DNA of 64,000 nucleotides, from positions 1,069,535-1,133,534 of the forward strand of contig JALCLG010000001.1 in the NCBI GenBank assembly GCA_022647725.1, read 5' to 3'. Below are positions 45,944 through 54,701 of the stretch, piece after piece. This DNA is from Bacilli bacterium. Lineage in GTDB: Bacteria > Bacillota_I > Bacilli_A > RFN20 > CAG-288. Made by a program: the position numbers and the translations under genes. The notes below the pieces were generated by a model, which saw only the letters and a program-made list of their open reading frames with translations, was not told the DNA's origin and did no database searches. How positions within the stretch are numbered: position 1 is the first letter of the stretch; every line of letters starts with the position of its first letter.

Positions 45944-47122
45944 ATGAAAGTCAAATCGTTCTTCACGGATGTCGGCGGCGCTGACCGCGTCACCAAGCGA
46001 CGTGAGCAGCTGTTTGATTCGGCCAGCCCGAAAGAGGATTTCTCCGATCCTATCAATAAGGTCGCCAAAGAGCTGCATCCGGATCCGCTGGATGTCAAAG
46101 TCACGAAGGTCGAAGATGTCTCTCCGACCGCCCGCAAATACACGTTTGTCGCAGTCAATGGAGTTTTGCCGCCGTTCCAGGCGGGACAGTTTGTTTCCCT
46201 GCAGTTCAAGATCGGAAACACCCTGACCTGCCGTCCGTATTCGATCTGCTCCGCGCCGTATCAGGCCCGCGGGAAGGATCCCTTCTTTGAGATCACTGTC
46301 CGTAACGGCAAGGCCGATGGCTTTGTCGCCAACTGGATCTATTCATCCTTAAAGGAAGGGATGATCCTGAAAGCCTGTCTGCCGTTAGGCCATTTCTTCA
46401 TCGAAGAGCTCCGTGACAGCAAGAACGTCGTCGCTTTGGCAGGCGGTTCTGGCATCACGCCGTTCTATTCGATGGCTCAGGAGATTGCCCATGGCACCTT
46501 GGATGCCGACTTGACCATCCTCTACGGTTCCAACACCACGGACGACATCATCCTCAACAAGGAGATCTCAGCCATCCATTCCGACCGGGTCCATTTCGTC
46601 AATGTCATTGCCAAGGATCCCAATTATCCGGGAGAGAAGGGCTTCATCAACCGTGATCTGATCAAGAAATATTCCAAGGGCGATACCAGTTACTTCGTCT
46701 GCGGACCGTTACCGATGTATCAGTTCATCGCCAAAGAGCTAGCTGCTCTTGAGATTCCGTTACGTCGGATCCGGATGGAAGTCTTCGGTGCGCCGAAGGA
46801 TGTCTCCAAAGCGGAAGGCTATCCGATTGAAATGCTGGATAAGACCTTCAAGCTGACGGTTGTCCGGGGCGTGCAGAAGGATGTCATCGACTGCTTTGCC
46901 AAGGAGCCTCTGGCCGTGGCCATCGAGCGGACGGGCATTCCGTTCCTGACCGATTGCCGGAGCGGCGAATGCGGCTTCTGCCGCAGCGAGCTTCTCAGCG
47001 GCAACGTCTTCGTCCCGCAAGTCGGCGACGGCAGACGGGCGGCCGATAAGGAAGCCGGCTACTGCCATCCGTGTGCGACTTACCCCTTAAGCGACATCAC
47101 CCTGAAGATTCCGATCATCTAG
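45944..47122 (+). CDS. Ferredoxin-NAD(P)+ reductase-like flavoprotein with a C-terminal 2Fe-2S ferredoxin domain
   Basis: The FAD-binding motif is RPYSICS. The NAD-binding motif is ALAGGSGITPF. The C-terminus DCRSGECGFCRS...C supplies the plant-type 2Fe-2S Cys ligands. Confidence 0.75.
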   Translation: MKVKSFFTDVGGADRVTKRREQLFDSASPKEDFSDPINKVAKELHPDPLDVKVTKVEDVSPTARKYTFVAVNGVLPPFQAGQFVSLQFKIGNTLTCRPYSICSAPYQARGKDPFFEITVRNGKADGFVANWIYSSLKEGMILKACLPLGHFFIEELRDSKNVVALAGGSGITPFYSMAQEIAHGTLDADLTILYGSNTTDDIILNKEISAIHSDRVHFVNVIAKDPNYPGEKGFINRDLIKKYSKGDTSYFVCGPLPMYQFIAKELAALEIPLRRIRMEVFGAPKDVSKAEGYPIEMLDKTFKLTVVRGVQKDVIDCFAKEPLAVAIERTGIPFLTDCRSGECGFCRSELLSGNVFVPQVGDGRRAADKEAGYCHPCATYPLSDITLKIPII

Positions 47123-47308
47123 ACTCTTGGCCTGCCTGTCCTTTGGGGACGGGCAGGCTTTTTGATTGGAGCAAAGCTTTCGGGCCTTCTGGCAGGGACC
47201 GTTTCTGTCCTCCTATGCTTCTTTCTTGCATAGATGGTCATAAAAGAAAGGAAACGAGCAAGGCAATCGCTTACATTTGCTTCAAAACTTTCTGAAAGCC
47301 CTACAAAC

Positions 47309-47362
47309 GTGATTATTTGTGATTGTTTGTGATTGCTATTTCTTGGATAACGATTGCTTATC
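47309..47362 (+). promoter_or_regulatory. Candidate operator region upstream of rhaB: three direct 10-bp repeats GTGATT(A/G)(T/C)T(T/A) followed by the inverted repeat GATAAcgattgcTTATC
   Basis: I saw these about 70-120 nt upstream of the rhaB ATG. Confidence 0.4.
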
Positions 47363-47429
47363 AATCTTCTAATCAAACGCCTGTTTTCGGTTTCGTCTTT
47401 GCTATAGTAGTAGGTATCCAAAGCAAATT

Positions 47430-48890
47430 ATGAAAGTCATAGCGATTGATCTCGGTGCAACCAGCGGCAGAGTGATGACGGTGTCCTACCAGGACGGCCG
47501 TTTCTCTTATGAAGAGAATCTCCGCTTCCCCAATCGGATTCGGAAAGTCCAGGGACGTCTGGTCTGGGACTTCTCCTTCCTGATGGACAACATCCGGAAC
47601 GGTCTGACCGTGGCTTTACTGAAATCCAAGGATATCCGTGCCATCGGCATCGATACCTGGGGCGTCGATTACGGTCTTATTGATGCTTTCGGAGAACTGG
47701 TCAAGGCACCCGGCTGCTATCGGGATCCCTTAAGCTATGATTTCCAGAAGACCTGCTTAGCCAAGATTCCCTTCAAGGATATCTATGCCATCACCGGCAT
47801 CCAGAACCTTCACTTCAATACGATCTATCAGCTGGCCGGCGAAAGCGAGGATTTATCTGATAAGAAGCTGTTATTGATTCCGGATCTGATTGCCTATGAA
47901 CTGACCGGACAGAAGCGGATGGAGCTGACCAATGCCTCCACGACCTCGCTCTTTGACCGGACCACGATGATGATGTCGACTCTCCTCTGCCAGGCTCTGA
48001 ATTTACCGAAGAGTCTTTTTGCTCCTTTGATTCAGCCGGGCGAAAGCTATGGTCCTTTGCAAGAAGGCTTCCTTCCCATTGATACGCCTCATAACCTGCC
48101 GGTGATTGCCGTCGGCACCCATGATACCGCCAGCGCGGTCTTAGGCGCTTCGGGAGAAGGCGACTTTGCCTATCTTTCCAGCGGAACCTGGTCTTTGTTA
48201 GGGACGGAGCTAGCGGCTCCGATCCTGTCGGTGGCTTCCCGGAAAGAGAACTTCACCAACGAGATCGGCTATGGCAATACCATCCGTTACCTGAAGAACA
48301 CCATGGGCATGTTTTTAGCCAACGAAGTCCGGGAGGACTTCGAGAAGCAGGGAAAGGATGTTCCGGTATCGCAGATTGCGAAAACCGTCTTATCCAGCAA
48401 GGATCTTCCTATTTATTTGGATACCAATGATCCGGCCTTCGAGACTCCGGGCGAGATGGTCAGCAAAGTCAATGCTTATCTTCAGAAGACAGGCCAACCC
48501 ACTCTTACCGATCCCGGCGAGATGCTGAGAGTCATCTATCAGTCGATGGCCCTAAGCTACCGCAAGCTCCTGCTCTCCTTGGAGAAACTGACCGGCAAAG
48601 CCATCTCCTCGCTGCTGGTGGTCGGTGGCGGCAATCAGGCAACGGTGCTGAATCAGTTCACTGCCAATAGCTTAGGTCTCAAGGTTGTGACCGGTGCCAG
48701 CGAGGCAACCGTCTATGGCAATGCCTTAGCTCAGTTCATTGCTCTGGGCGCCATTGAAAACGTCAAGGAAGGTAGACACGCCATTCAGCAATCCATCCCA
48801 TCGACAACTTATGAACCGACGGACAAAGAGATATGGAATGCGAAGTATAAAGAATTCATTCAAAAGACCAACTTAAAGGAGGAAAACTGA
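47430..48890 (+). CDS. rhaB: Rhamnulokinase
   Basis: The FGGY kinase N-terminus is MKVIAIDLGATSGRV. The protein is 486 aa and sits immediately upstream of rhaA. Confidence 0.9.
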   Translation: MKVIAIDLGATSGRVMTVSYQDGRFSYEENLRFPNRIRKVQGRLVWDFSFLMDNIRNGLTVALLKSKDIRAIGIDTWGVDYGLIDAFGELVKAPGCYRDPLSYDFQKTCLAKIPFKDIYAITGIQNLHFNTIYQLAGESEDLSDKKLLLIPDLIAYELTGQKRMELTNASTTSLFDRTTMMMSTLLCQALNLPKSLFAPLIQPGESYGPLQEGFLPIDTPHNLPVIAVGTHDTASAVLGASGEGDFAYLSSGTWSLLGTELAAPILSVASRKENFTNEIGYGNTIRYLKNTMGMFLANEVREDFEKQGKDVPVSQIAKTVLSSKDLPIYLDTNDPAFETPGEMVSKVNAYLQKTGQPTLTDPGEMLRVIYQSMALSYRKLLLSLEKLTGKAISSLLVVGGGNQATVLNQFTANSLGLKVVTGASEATVYGNALAQFIALGAIENVKEGRHAIQQSIPSTTYEPTDKEIWNAKYKEFIQKTNLKEEN

Positions 48891-48891
48891 A

Positions 48892-50151
48892 ATGGATAAA
48901 GCAGTCAAAGAACGTTATGAATTAGCCAAAGCCAAGTATGCCGCTCTCGGCGTCGATACCGAAAAGGCACTTAAGGCTTTAGACAAGGTCAAGATTTCCC
49001 TGCATTGCTGGCAGGGGGATGATATCCAGGGATTCATCTCCTCGGCTTCCCTTTCCGGCGGCATCCAGGTGACCGGCAACTATCCGGGCAAAGCCCGCAA
49101 CATCCTTGAACTTCAGCAGGACCTCGAGAAAGTGATGAGTCTTCTTCCGGGTCAGCAGAAGGTCAATCTCCATGCCATCTATGTTTCCCGCCCGTTAGGC
49201 AAGCGCGACATCGATGGCCTGGTGCCGGAAGATTTTGCCGGCTGGGTTGATTGGGCCAAGAAGAACAAGGTCGGCCTGGATTTCAACCCGACCTGCTTCT
49301 CCCATAAGATGTATCAGAATAACTTCACCTTGGCTTCGCCGGATGAAGAGGTCCGTTCCTTCTGGATCCGCCATTGCCAGGCCTGCGTCAAGATCGGCGA
49401 CTACTTCGGCAAAGAGCTGGGTGAGAAGTGTGTCACCAACATCTGGATTCCTGATGGCATGAAGGACAATCCGTATTCACGTCTGGAGCCGAGAAAACGT
49501 CTGGAGGATTCTTTGGATCAGATTCTGAAGACGCCTTACGACAAGAAGAACGAACTGCTGGCCGTCGAATCCAAGTTCTTCGGCATCGGTGCCGAATCCT
49601 ACACCGTCGGCAGTGCCGAATTCTACGAAGGCTACGCCATCCGTCATCAGATTGCCGATAACTTGGATGCCGGACACTACCATCCGAATGAATTCATCTC
49701 CGATAAGATCTCGTCCTTGCTGATGGTTACCCCGGAACTCTTGCTTCATGTCTCCCGTCCGGTCAACTGGGATAGCGACCATGTCGTCATCTTCGACGAT
49801 GAGCTGAACCGGATCTCTCAGGCTTTGGTCCGCGATGACCTGATTGAGAGAACCCATATCGGTCTCGACTTCTTCGATGCCACCATCAACCGCATTGCGG
49901 CTTGGGTCATCGGCACGAGAGCCATGCAGAAAGCCTTGCTGAAAGCTTATCTGGAGCCGACTGCTGTCTTAAAGAAAGAAGAACTTAGCTTTGATTACAC
50001 CGACCGTCTGGCGTTGACAGAAGAGCTGAAGTCGTATCCGTTCGGCGATGTCTATGATTACTACTGTCAGAGCCAGGGTGTGCCGGTCGGGACGGATTGG
50101 ATCCGGGAAGTCAAAGACTATGAAGCCAACGTTTTGGCCAAGAGAGGATAA
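48892..50151 (+). CDS. rhaA: L-rhamnose isomerase
   Basis: The protein is 419 aa. HCWQGDD and the RhaA-family layout are present. Confidence 0.93.
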   Translation: MDKAVKERYELAKAKYAALGVDTEKALKALDKVKISLHCWQGDDIQGFISSASLSGGIQVTGNYPGKARNILELQQDLEKVMSLLPGQQKVNLHAIYVSRPLGKRDIDGLVPEDFAGWVDWAKKNKVGLDFNPTCFSHKMYQNNFTLASPDEEVRSFWIRHCQACVKIGDYFGKELGEKCVTNIWIPDGMKDNPYSRLEPRKRLEDSLDQILKTPYDKKNELLAVESKFFGIGAESYTVGSAEFYEGYAIRHQIADNLDAGHYHPNEFISDKISSLLMVTPELLLHVSRPVNWDSDHVVIFDDELNRISQALVRDDLIERTHIGLDFFDATINRIAAWVIGTRAMQKALLKAYLEPTAVLKKEELSFDYTDRLALTEELKSYPFGDVYDYYCQSQGVPVGTDWIREVKDYEANVLAKRG

Positions 50152-50159
50152 ATCCAGCT

Positions 50160-50963
50160 ATGGAAAAGAGAGCGGTTGAATTACCGACAGTCCGGGAAGT
50201 CATCCGGTTAGCTTCGAACATGTACCGCCAGGGATGGGATGAAAGAAATGGCGGCAACATCTCCGTCATCATCGATCCGGAAGAGTATCAGGGCTATCTC
50301 CCCGAAGAACCCAAGAAGGTCTTCCCGTTAGCCTTTGATGCCACGCCCCTGATCGGCAAGGTCTTTGTCGTCACCGGCACCGGCAAGTATCTGAAGAACA
50401 TCGAATATTCTCCGGAGACGAACTTAGGCATTGTCCGCATCGGCAAAGATGGCCACAGCGCGGAGCTCCTTTGGGGCTTTGAGGATGGCGGCCGTCCGAC
50501 CAGTGAGTTCCCGACGCATATGATGAGCCATATCGTGAGACTGAAGAAGGATCCGAAGCATCATGTCGTGATCCACTGCCATGCCACGCATGCCTTGGCG
50601 CTGACCTATGTCATGCCGGAGGATGAGGATGAGATCACCCGCACCTTATGGCGGATGTCGACGGAATGCATCGTCGTCTTCCCGGAGGGTGTCGGCTATC
50701 TTCCGTGGATGCTCTGCGGCGGCAATGCTATCGGCGAAGCAACGGCCAAGAAGGCTGAGAATTACCGCATTGTCCTTTGGGGCATGCATGGGATCTTTGG
50801 TATGGGCGAGACCATCGATGAGGCCTTCGGCCTGATCGAGACGGTCGAGAAGGCTTCCACCATCTACTTCCTGACTCAGGGCCATGTCCGGCAGAACATC
50901 ACCAACGACGATCTGATCTGCTTAGCGAACGCCTTCCACGTCAACTATAAGAAGATTCTCTGA
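50160..50963 (+). CDS. rhaD: Rhamnulose-1-phosphate aldolase (class II aldolase)
   Basis: WDERNGGNISV, VVTGTGKYLKN and VIHCHATHALALTYVM align with E. coli RhaD. The protein is 267 aa. Confidence 0.9.
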   Translation: MEKRAVELPTVREVIRLASNMYRQGWDERNGGNISVIIDPEEYQGYLPEEPKKVFPLAFDATPLIGKVFVVTGTGKYLKNIEYSPETNLGIVRIGKDGHSAELLWGFEDGGRPTSEFPTHMMSHIVRLKKDPKHHVVIHCHATHALALTYVMPEDEDEITRTLWRMSTECIVVFPEGVGYLPWMLCGGNAIGEATAKKAENYRIVLWGMHGIFGMGETIDEAFGLIETVEKASTIYFLTQGHVRQNITNDDLICLANAFHVNYKKIL

Positions 50964-50972
50964 TTGCCTGAA

Positions 50973-51006
50973 AAGCCTCCGCTAAGGTCATTGCGGAGGC
51001 TTTTTT
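50973..51006 (+). terminator. Rho-independent terminator after rhaD
   Basis: The hairpin AAGCCTCCGCtaaggtcattGCGGAGGCTT is followed by TTTTT. Confidence 0.65.
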
Positions 51007-51100
51007 GGTGGTTAGATACGTAGTAGATAATCATCCTATCTTTCATCAAATAAGAAATGCCCATAATAAGGCGATATTTCGAAGGATTGTATCTTGCTTA

Positions 51101-51170
51101 TCAAATGACGTCAAATGAAATCAAATAAGAAATTAAGCCCAAAATGGACGATAGCGTCGATACCGATTGG
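51101..51170. repeat. Direct repeat A (GTCAAATGAAATCAA motifs plus the 3'-terminal coding region of the AlbA_2 gene)
   Basis: This copy is about 84% identical over roughly 62 nt to the copy at 52682..52743. Confidence 0.6.
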
Positions 51171-52593
51171 AATTTTGGGTACCGGCATATTTCAGCAGTC
51201 CTTTCTCTACGCAGCGAATTAAAAGCCGAGAAATGGTTGCTGCCTCTTTGCTACTGAAATTTAATCTTGTACGGACATCCTCATTGGAGGTGAGTTTGTC
51301 ATTGACTTCGTTATAACAGGAAAGAACATAGCAGGTATTGATACGGTCTTCTTCAGACCAATCCTTACGATTTTCATAATGACGGATGATGGTTCTTGAA
51401 TAATCGTTCTCAGCCACAAATACGGGTGATGGTTCTTTTATCTCGGCCATAGCTTCTTCAATCCGATCAAAGCCTGAGCTACGTTGCTCACAAATGGTGA
51501 CGCTGCGGAGAAAAGCAGCCATTTTTTCGTTTCGGCAGTGAGTGACGGTATCAATGAAACGAGCCGGATCAATCAAAGGCTTCCCTGGGGTTGTCATTTC
51601 AATGCGGAAAGGAAATACTTCAATAAGTGACTGGATACCCAAATGACTATAATCTTGATGGATAATGAGATTGCCAAGCATTTCACGTAAAGCTTCTTCG
51701 GGGAATAAGGGAAAAGTCTTTCTTAATCCGCCTTCTATTTTTTCTACCTGCGGGATTACTCCTCTAAGGAAACGGAGAATGTCTTCAAAAGATGCTGCAT
51801 ACCCCTTGGAAAAAGTTTCGTCTCCGATCGTGGACGTCCTTGAGTTACTGGAATACTTTAATATTCTCACTCCTTTTTCCTGAAGCCCTGGGAAGGATGA
51901 AAAATCATTAGCAAAAAGCAAGGCTCCCATATTTGTTATTGAAAAGGAGCCGGCATCATCTTTAACGATAAATCCTTCATCAAGAAAACTTTCAATAATA
52001 CGATCCATGCTGGTGGGTAAAGAAATTTTCTTTAAACGGAAATAGGCATTGAAGTCAAGCAAGGCTGCGACCTCTTCGGGTTTTAGGTGTGATTTGGAAA
52101 GACTGGTTTCAAAACTTTTTCCTCGAATTGCGGAAAATAGTTCTACTTCTCTGGCGGGAACGTCTTGCTTCTTTTTGAGGCTCGAACCGACACGGTAGTA
52201 ACTCATATTCTCAAAGCAAGTTGGTTCATAGAAGGCAGCAGGAATTTCTAAAAGTGATACTGGTTTTCCTTCTGAATAAAAGAAACGATAAGGGCGTAGA
52301 GCAAGGTTTGGTGAAAGCAAACGATTGATCCAATTTAATAGAAGCTCGCCGCTTTTCCTGGCTTCAAGGATGTTAAAAGAGGTTCCGATGACGTCGTGCT
52401 TTTCTCCGTCCTGTATTCCCCAAACAAGATAACCGCATTCCTTTCCAGCAATGGCGGCTTCGTTACTTAAAGCCGAAATATACTGGCCGAGGAGTTCTGG
52501 TGAAGCGTTGCTATCTTTGAATTCGACCCATTCACATTCACCTTTCTTACTTCTTAGCTCATCCACGAGTTCTTTATAATAGGAATCTTCCAT
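51133..52593 (-). CDS. AlbA_2 (Schlafen-like) DNA-binding domain plus divergent-AAA/HATPase-like protein (often annotated as RecG-related transcriptional regulator)
   Basis: The N-terminus E...WVEFKDSNASPELLGQYISALSNEAAIAGKECGYLVWGIQDG matches the AlbA_2 domain. The protein is 486 aa. Confidence 0.6.
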   Translation of the reverse strand: MEDSYYKELVDELRSKKGECEWVEFKDSNASPELLGQYISALSNEAAIAGKECGYLVWGIQDGEKHDVIGTSFNILEARKSGELLLNWINRLLSPNLALRPYRFFYSEGKPVSLLEIPAAFYEPTCFENMSYYRVGSSLKKKQDVPAREVELFSAIRGKSFETSLSKSHLKPEEVAALLDFNAYFRLKKISLPTSMDRIIESFLDEGFIVKDDAGSFSITNMGALLFANDFSSFPGLQEKGVRILKYSSNSRTSTIGDETFSKGYAASFEDILRFLRGVIPQVEKIEGGLRKTFPLFPEEALREMLGNLIIHQDYSHLGIQSLIEVFPFRIEMTTPGKPLIDPARFIDTVTHCRNEKMAAFLRSVTICEQRSSGFDRIEEAMAEIKEPSPVFVAENDYSRTIIRHYENRKDWSEEDRINTCYVLSCYNEVNDKLTSNEDVRTRLNFSSKEAATISRLLIRCVEKGLLKYAGTQNSNRYRRYRPFWA

Positions 52594-52660
52594 TTTGATT
52601 ACCTCTCTGTCAAATGAAAAGCATCGATAATTACCTTATATTATAAAGGTTTTATTAATT

Positions 52661-52745
52661 GTGTCAAATGAAATCAAATAACGTCAAATGAAATCAAGTA
52701 AGAAATGAAGCTCAAAGTGGTCGATAGCATCGAGATCAATTCGAC
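52661..52745. repeat. Direct repeat B: two GTCAAATGAAATCAA motifs plus a degenerate remnant of a homologous gene 3' end
   Basis: It aligns to 51109..51170. The reverse-strand reading contains ...RCYRPL*, a degenerate version of the intact gene's C-terminal NRYRRYRPFWA. Confidence 0.55.
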
Positions 52746-52919
52746 CCGGGAACAATGACTTATTCAAGAAAAACTGCTTTTGATCGCAGCCGGATATAAA
52801 GCAAGCCACAGTCACCAGAAAGTTTTGACATGAAATATATATGTCACGTTGAAAATTGGCGAAGGAACGAACTCCTTTTGCCTTTTTATACGCCTATAAA
52901 AACGATATAATATTTCTAT

Positions 52920-54701
52920 ATGAAACGAAGAATCTTCCGGTCGCTTTCAGTCGGCGTCCTGTCGGTGACGATGGGACTCCTTTGCGGTTGCAAAAAGACT
53001 GAGACAAGCACTGCGAAAGATACCATTTCGGTCATGATAGAAGAGGGTGCTAACTATGCTGTCCCTACTCCTGTTCAGGAAATAACCCGTGGCAGCGATG
53101 TCACCTTCGAGGTCATGCTGCTGAATGGCTGCTCCCTAACCGGGGTCAGCTATTCTGAGTCGAAGATTGAGGAACATCCGGGCTATTCTCTTCTGACCCT
53201 GATGTCGGTTCTCTATCCGACGGTCGTCAGCCTTACCGCCAGCGTCCGTGAGTTTGTCACCTATGATGCCAATGGTGGTCAAGCCAAGGACAGCGACGGG
53301 AAGACGGCTGTCAGCCTTGCCAAGAGCACCTCTCACCTCCGGGCAAACAGTGCTTTGGGAAACTCGCTTTTCAAACGGGACGGTTACCTTCAGGATGGCT
53401 GGAACACGAAGGCGGATGGCAGCGGCGAAGCGATTCTTCAGGGCTCGCGGATGCCTAACGGAATTTCTACTCTTTATGCCCACTGGGTCAAGGAGACGGA
53501 TTCCAGTTGCTTTGAATATGAAATCCTTTCCGACAATACCGCCCGGATTAACTCTCTGAAAACCCCTACTGACCCGTTGGTTATTCCTCATACCTTAGCG
53601 GGACACACCGTATCTTCGCTTGGAAGCGGCAGTCTTGCCCATCAGACCCTTTCGGATCTTTATCTTCCGGAGACGCTTGAACGTATCGAAAACGGCGCCT
53701 TTCAGTCTTGCACGATAAAGACTCTGACCCTCTTTGATAACCTTGCCTATCTGGATGATGCTTCCTTTGTCTCCTCGCCGGTCACGATGCTGCGGATTCA
53801 GGCCTATACCAAACCCTGTTACAGCGGCACCTACTTCGATGCCTTCCAGGATAAGCTCGATTATCTGGATTCCATCAAGGACCAGAAGAAGATTGTTCTC
53901 TTCTCCGGTTCCTCTGCCCGGTATGGCTATTATTCTCCGCAATTAGCGAAGGACTATCCATCCTACAAGGTCGTCAATATGGGTGTTTTTGCCTACTTCC
54001 CAGCCTTAGTGCAACTGGATATCATTCGCACCTATCTTCTTCCGGGAGATGTCGTCATTGATTCTCCGGAGTTTGATGCCTACGACAACCAGTTTTGCTA
54101 TAACCACGCCTTCGAGGACCGGCTCTTTGCCATGATGGAATCCGGCTATCAGGTTCTGACCCTTGTGGATTTGACCCGCTATACGGAGGTCTTCTCCTCT
54201 TTCTATCGGTATATCTCCAACAAAAAGACCTTGCCTGTCTCCTCCTATGAGGTCTCAGCCAAGCACTTCGATGATGATATGAATACCTATAACTTGGATA
54301 CGTACAACGTCGAAGGCGACTTCATCCTGCCCCGGAATGGAACCCAGACCGAAGGCCGGATCTTCCAGCCTTATCTGGATCTGACTCTGGATTCGTATCA
54401 GGACACTCATCTGACCGCGTTGAATCTGGCTGCCAAGGAGTTCACCGATCAGGGGATTTCTTTCTACTTTACGTTCTCGCCTCGGAACAAAGATTCCCTG
54501 ACGGAAAACAGCACCTCTGACAAGAGAGCTCTGCTGGAGAGTCACCTCCGTGAAATCCTCACCATGCCGATTCTCGGCACGTTGGAAGACCTGCTTCTGC
54601 CGGCCGGTGATTTCTATCTCATCGATAACCATCTCACGACGGCGGGCGCCAGCTGGCGGACTGATTATGTCAGCAAAGCCCTGAAAGCTTATTTAGCTTA
54701 A
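52920..54701 (+). CDS. Lipoprotein with a List_Bact-type repeat, BspA-type LRR modules and a C-terminal DltD/AlgJ-like (SGNH-like) domain
   Basis: The lipobox is LCGC. The Listeria-Bacteroides repeat signature is FVTYDANGG...RDGYLQDGWNTKADGSG. LRR modules follow (LYLPETLERIENGAFQSCTIKTLTLFDN). The C-terminal region KKIVLFSGSSARYGYYSP...GDVVIDSPEF resembles DltD-family proteins and is paralogous to the adjacent gene. Confidence 0.55.
   Translation: MKRRIFRSLSVGVLSVTMGLLCGCKKTETSTAKDTISVMIEEGANYAVPTPVQEITRGSDVTFEVMLLNGCSLTGVSYSESKIEEHPGYSLLTLMSVLYPTVVSLTASVREFVTYDANGGQAKDSDGKTAVSLAKSTSHLRANSALGNSLFKRDGYLQDGWNTKADGSGEAILQGSRMPNGISTLYAHWVKETDSSCFEYEILSDNTARINSLKTPTDPLVIPHTLAGHTVSSLGSGSLAHQTLSDLYLPETLERIENGAFQSCTIKTLTLFDNLAYLDDASFVSSPVTMLRIQAYTKPCYSGTYFDAFQDKLDYLDSIKDQKKIVLFSGSSARYGYYSPQLAKDYPSYKVVNMGVFAYFPALVQLDIIRTYLLPGDVVIDSPEFDAYDNQFCYNHAFEDRLFAMMESGYQVLTLVDLTRYTEVFSSFYRYISNKKTLPVSSYEVSAKHFDDDMNTYNLDTYNVEGDFILPRNGTQTEGRIFQPYLDLTLDSYQDTHLTALNLAAKEFTDQGISFYFTFSPRNKDSLTENSTSDKRALLESHLREILTMPILGTLEDLLLPAGDFYLIDNHLTTAGASWRTDYVSKALKAYLA

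Noticed and set aside
47119-47421. 100-aa minus-strand ORF in the rhaB upstream intergenic region
   Set aside because: It overlaps the repeat and operator region. It has no RBS and a low-complexity composition. It is more likely non-coding regulatory DNA.
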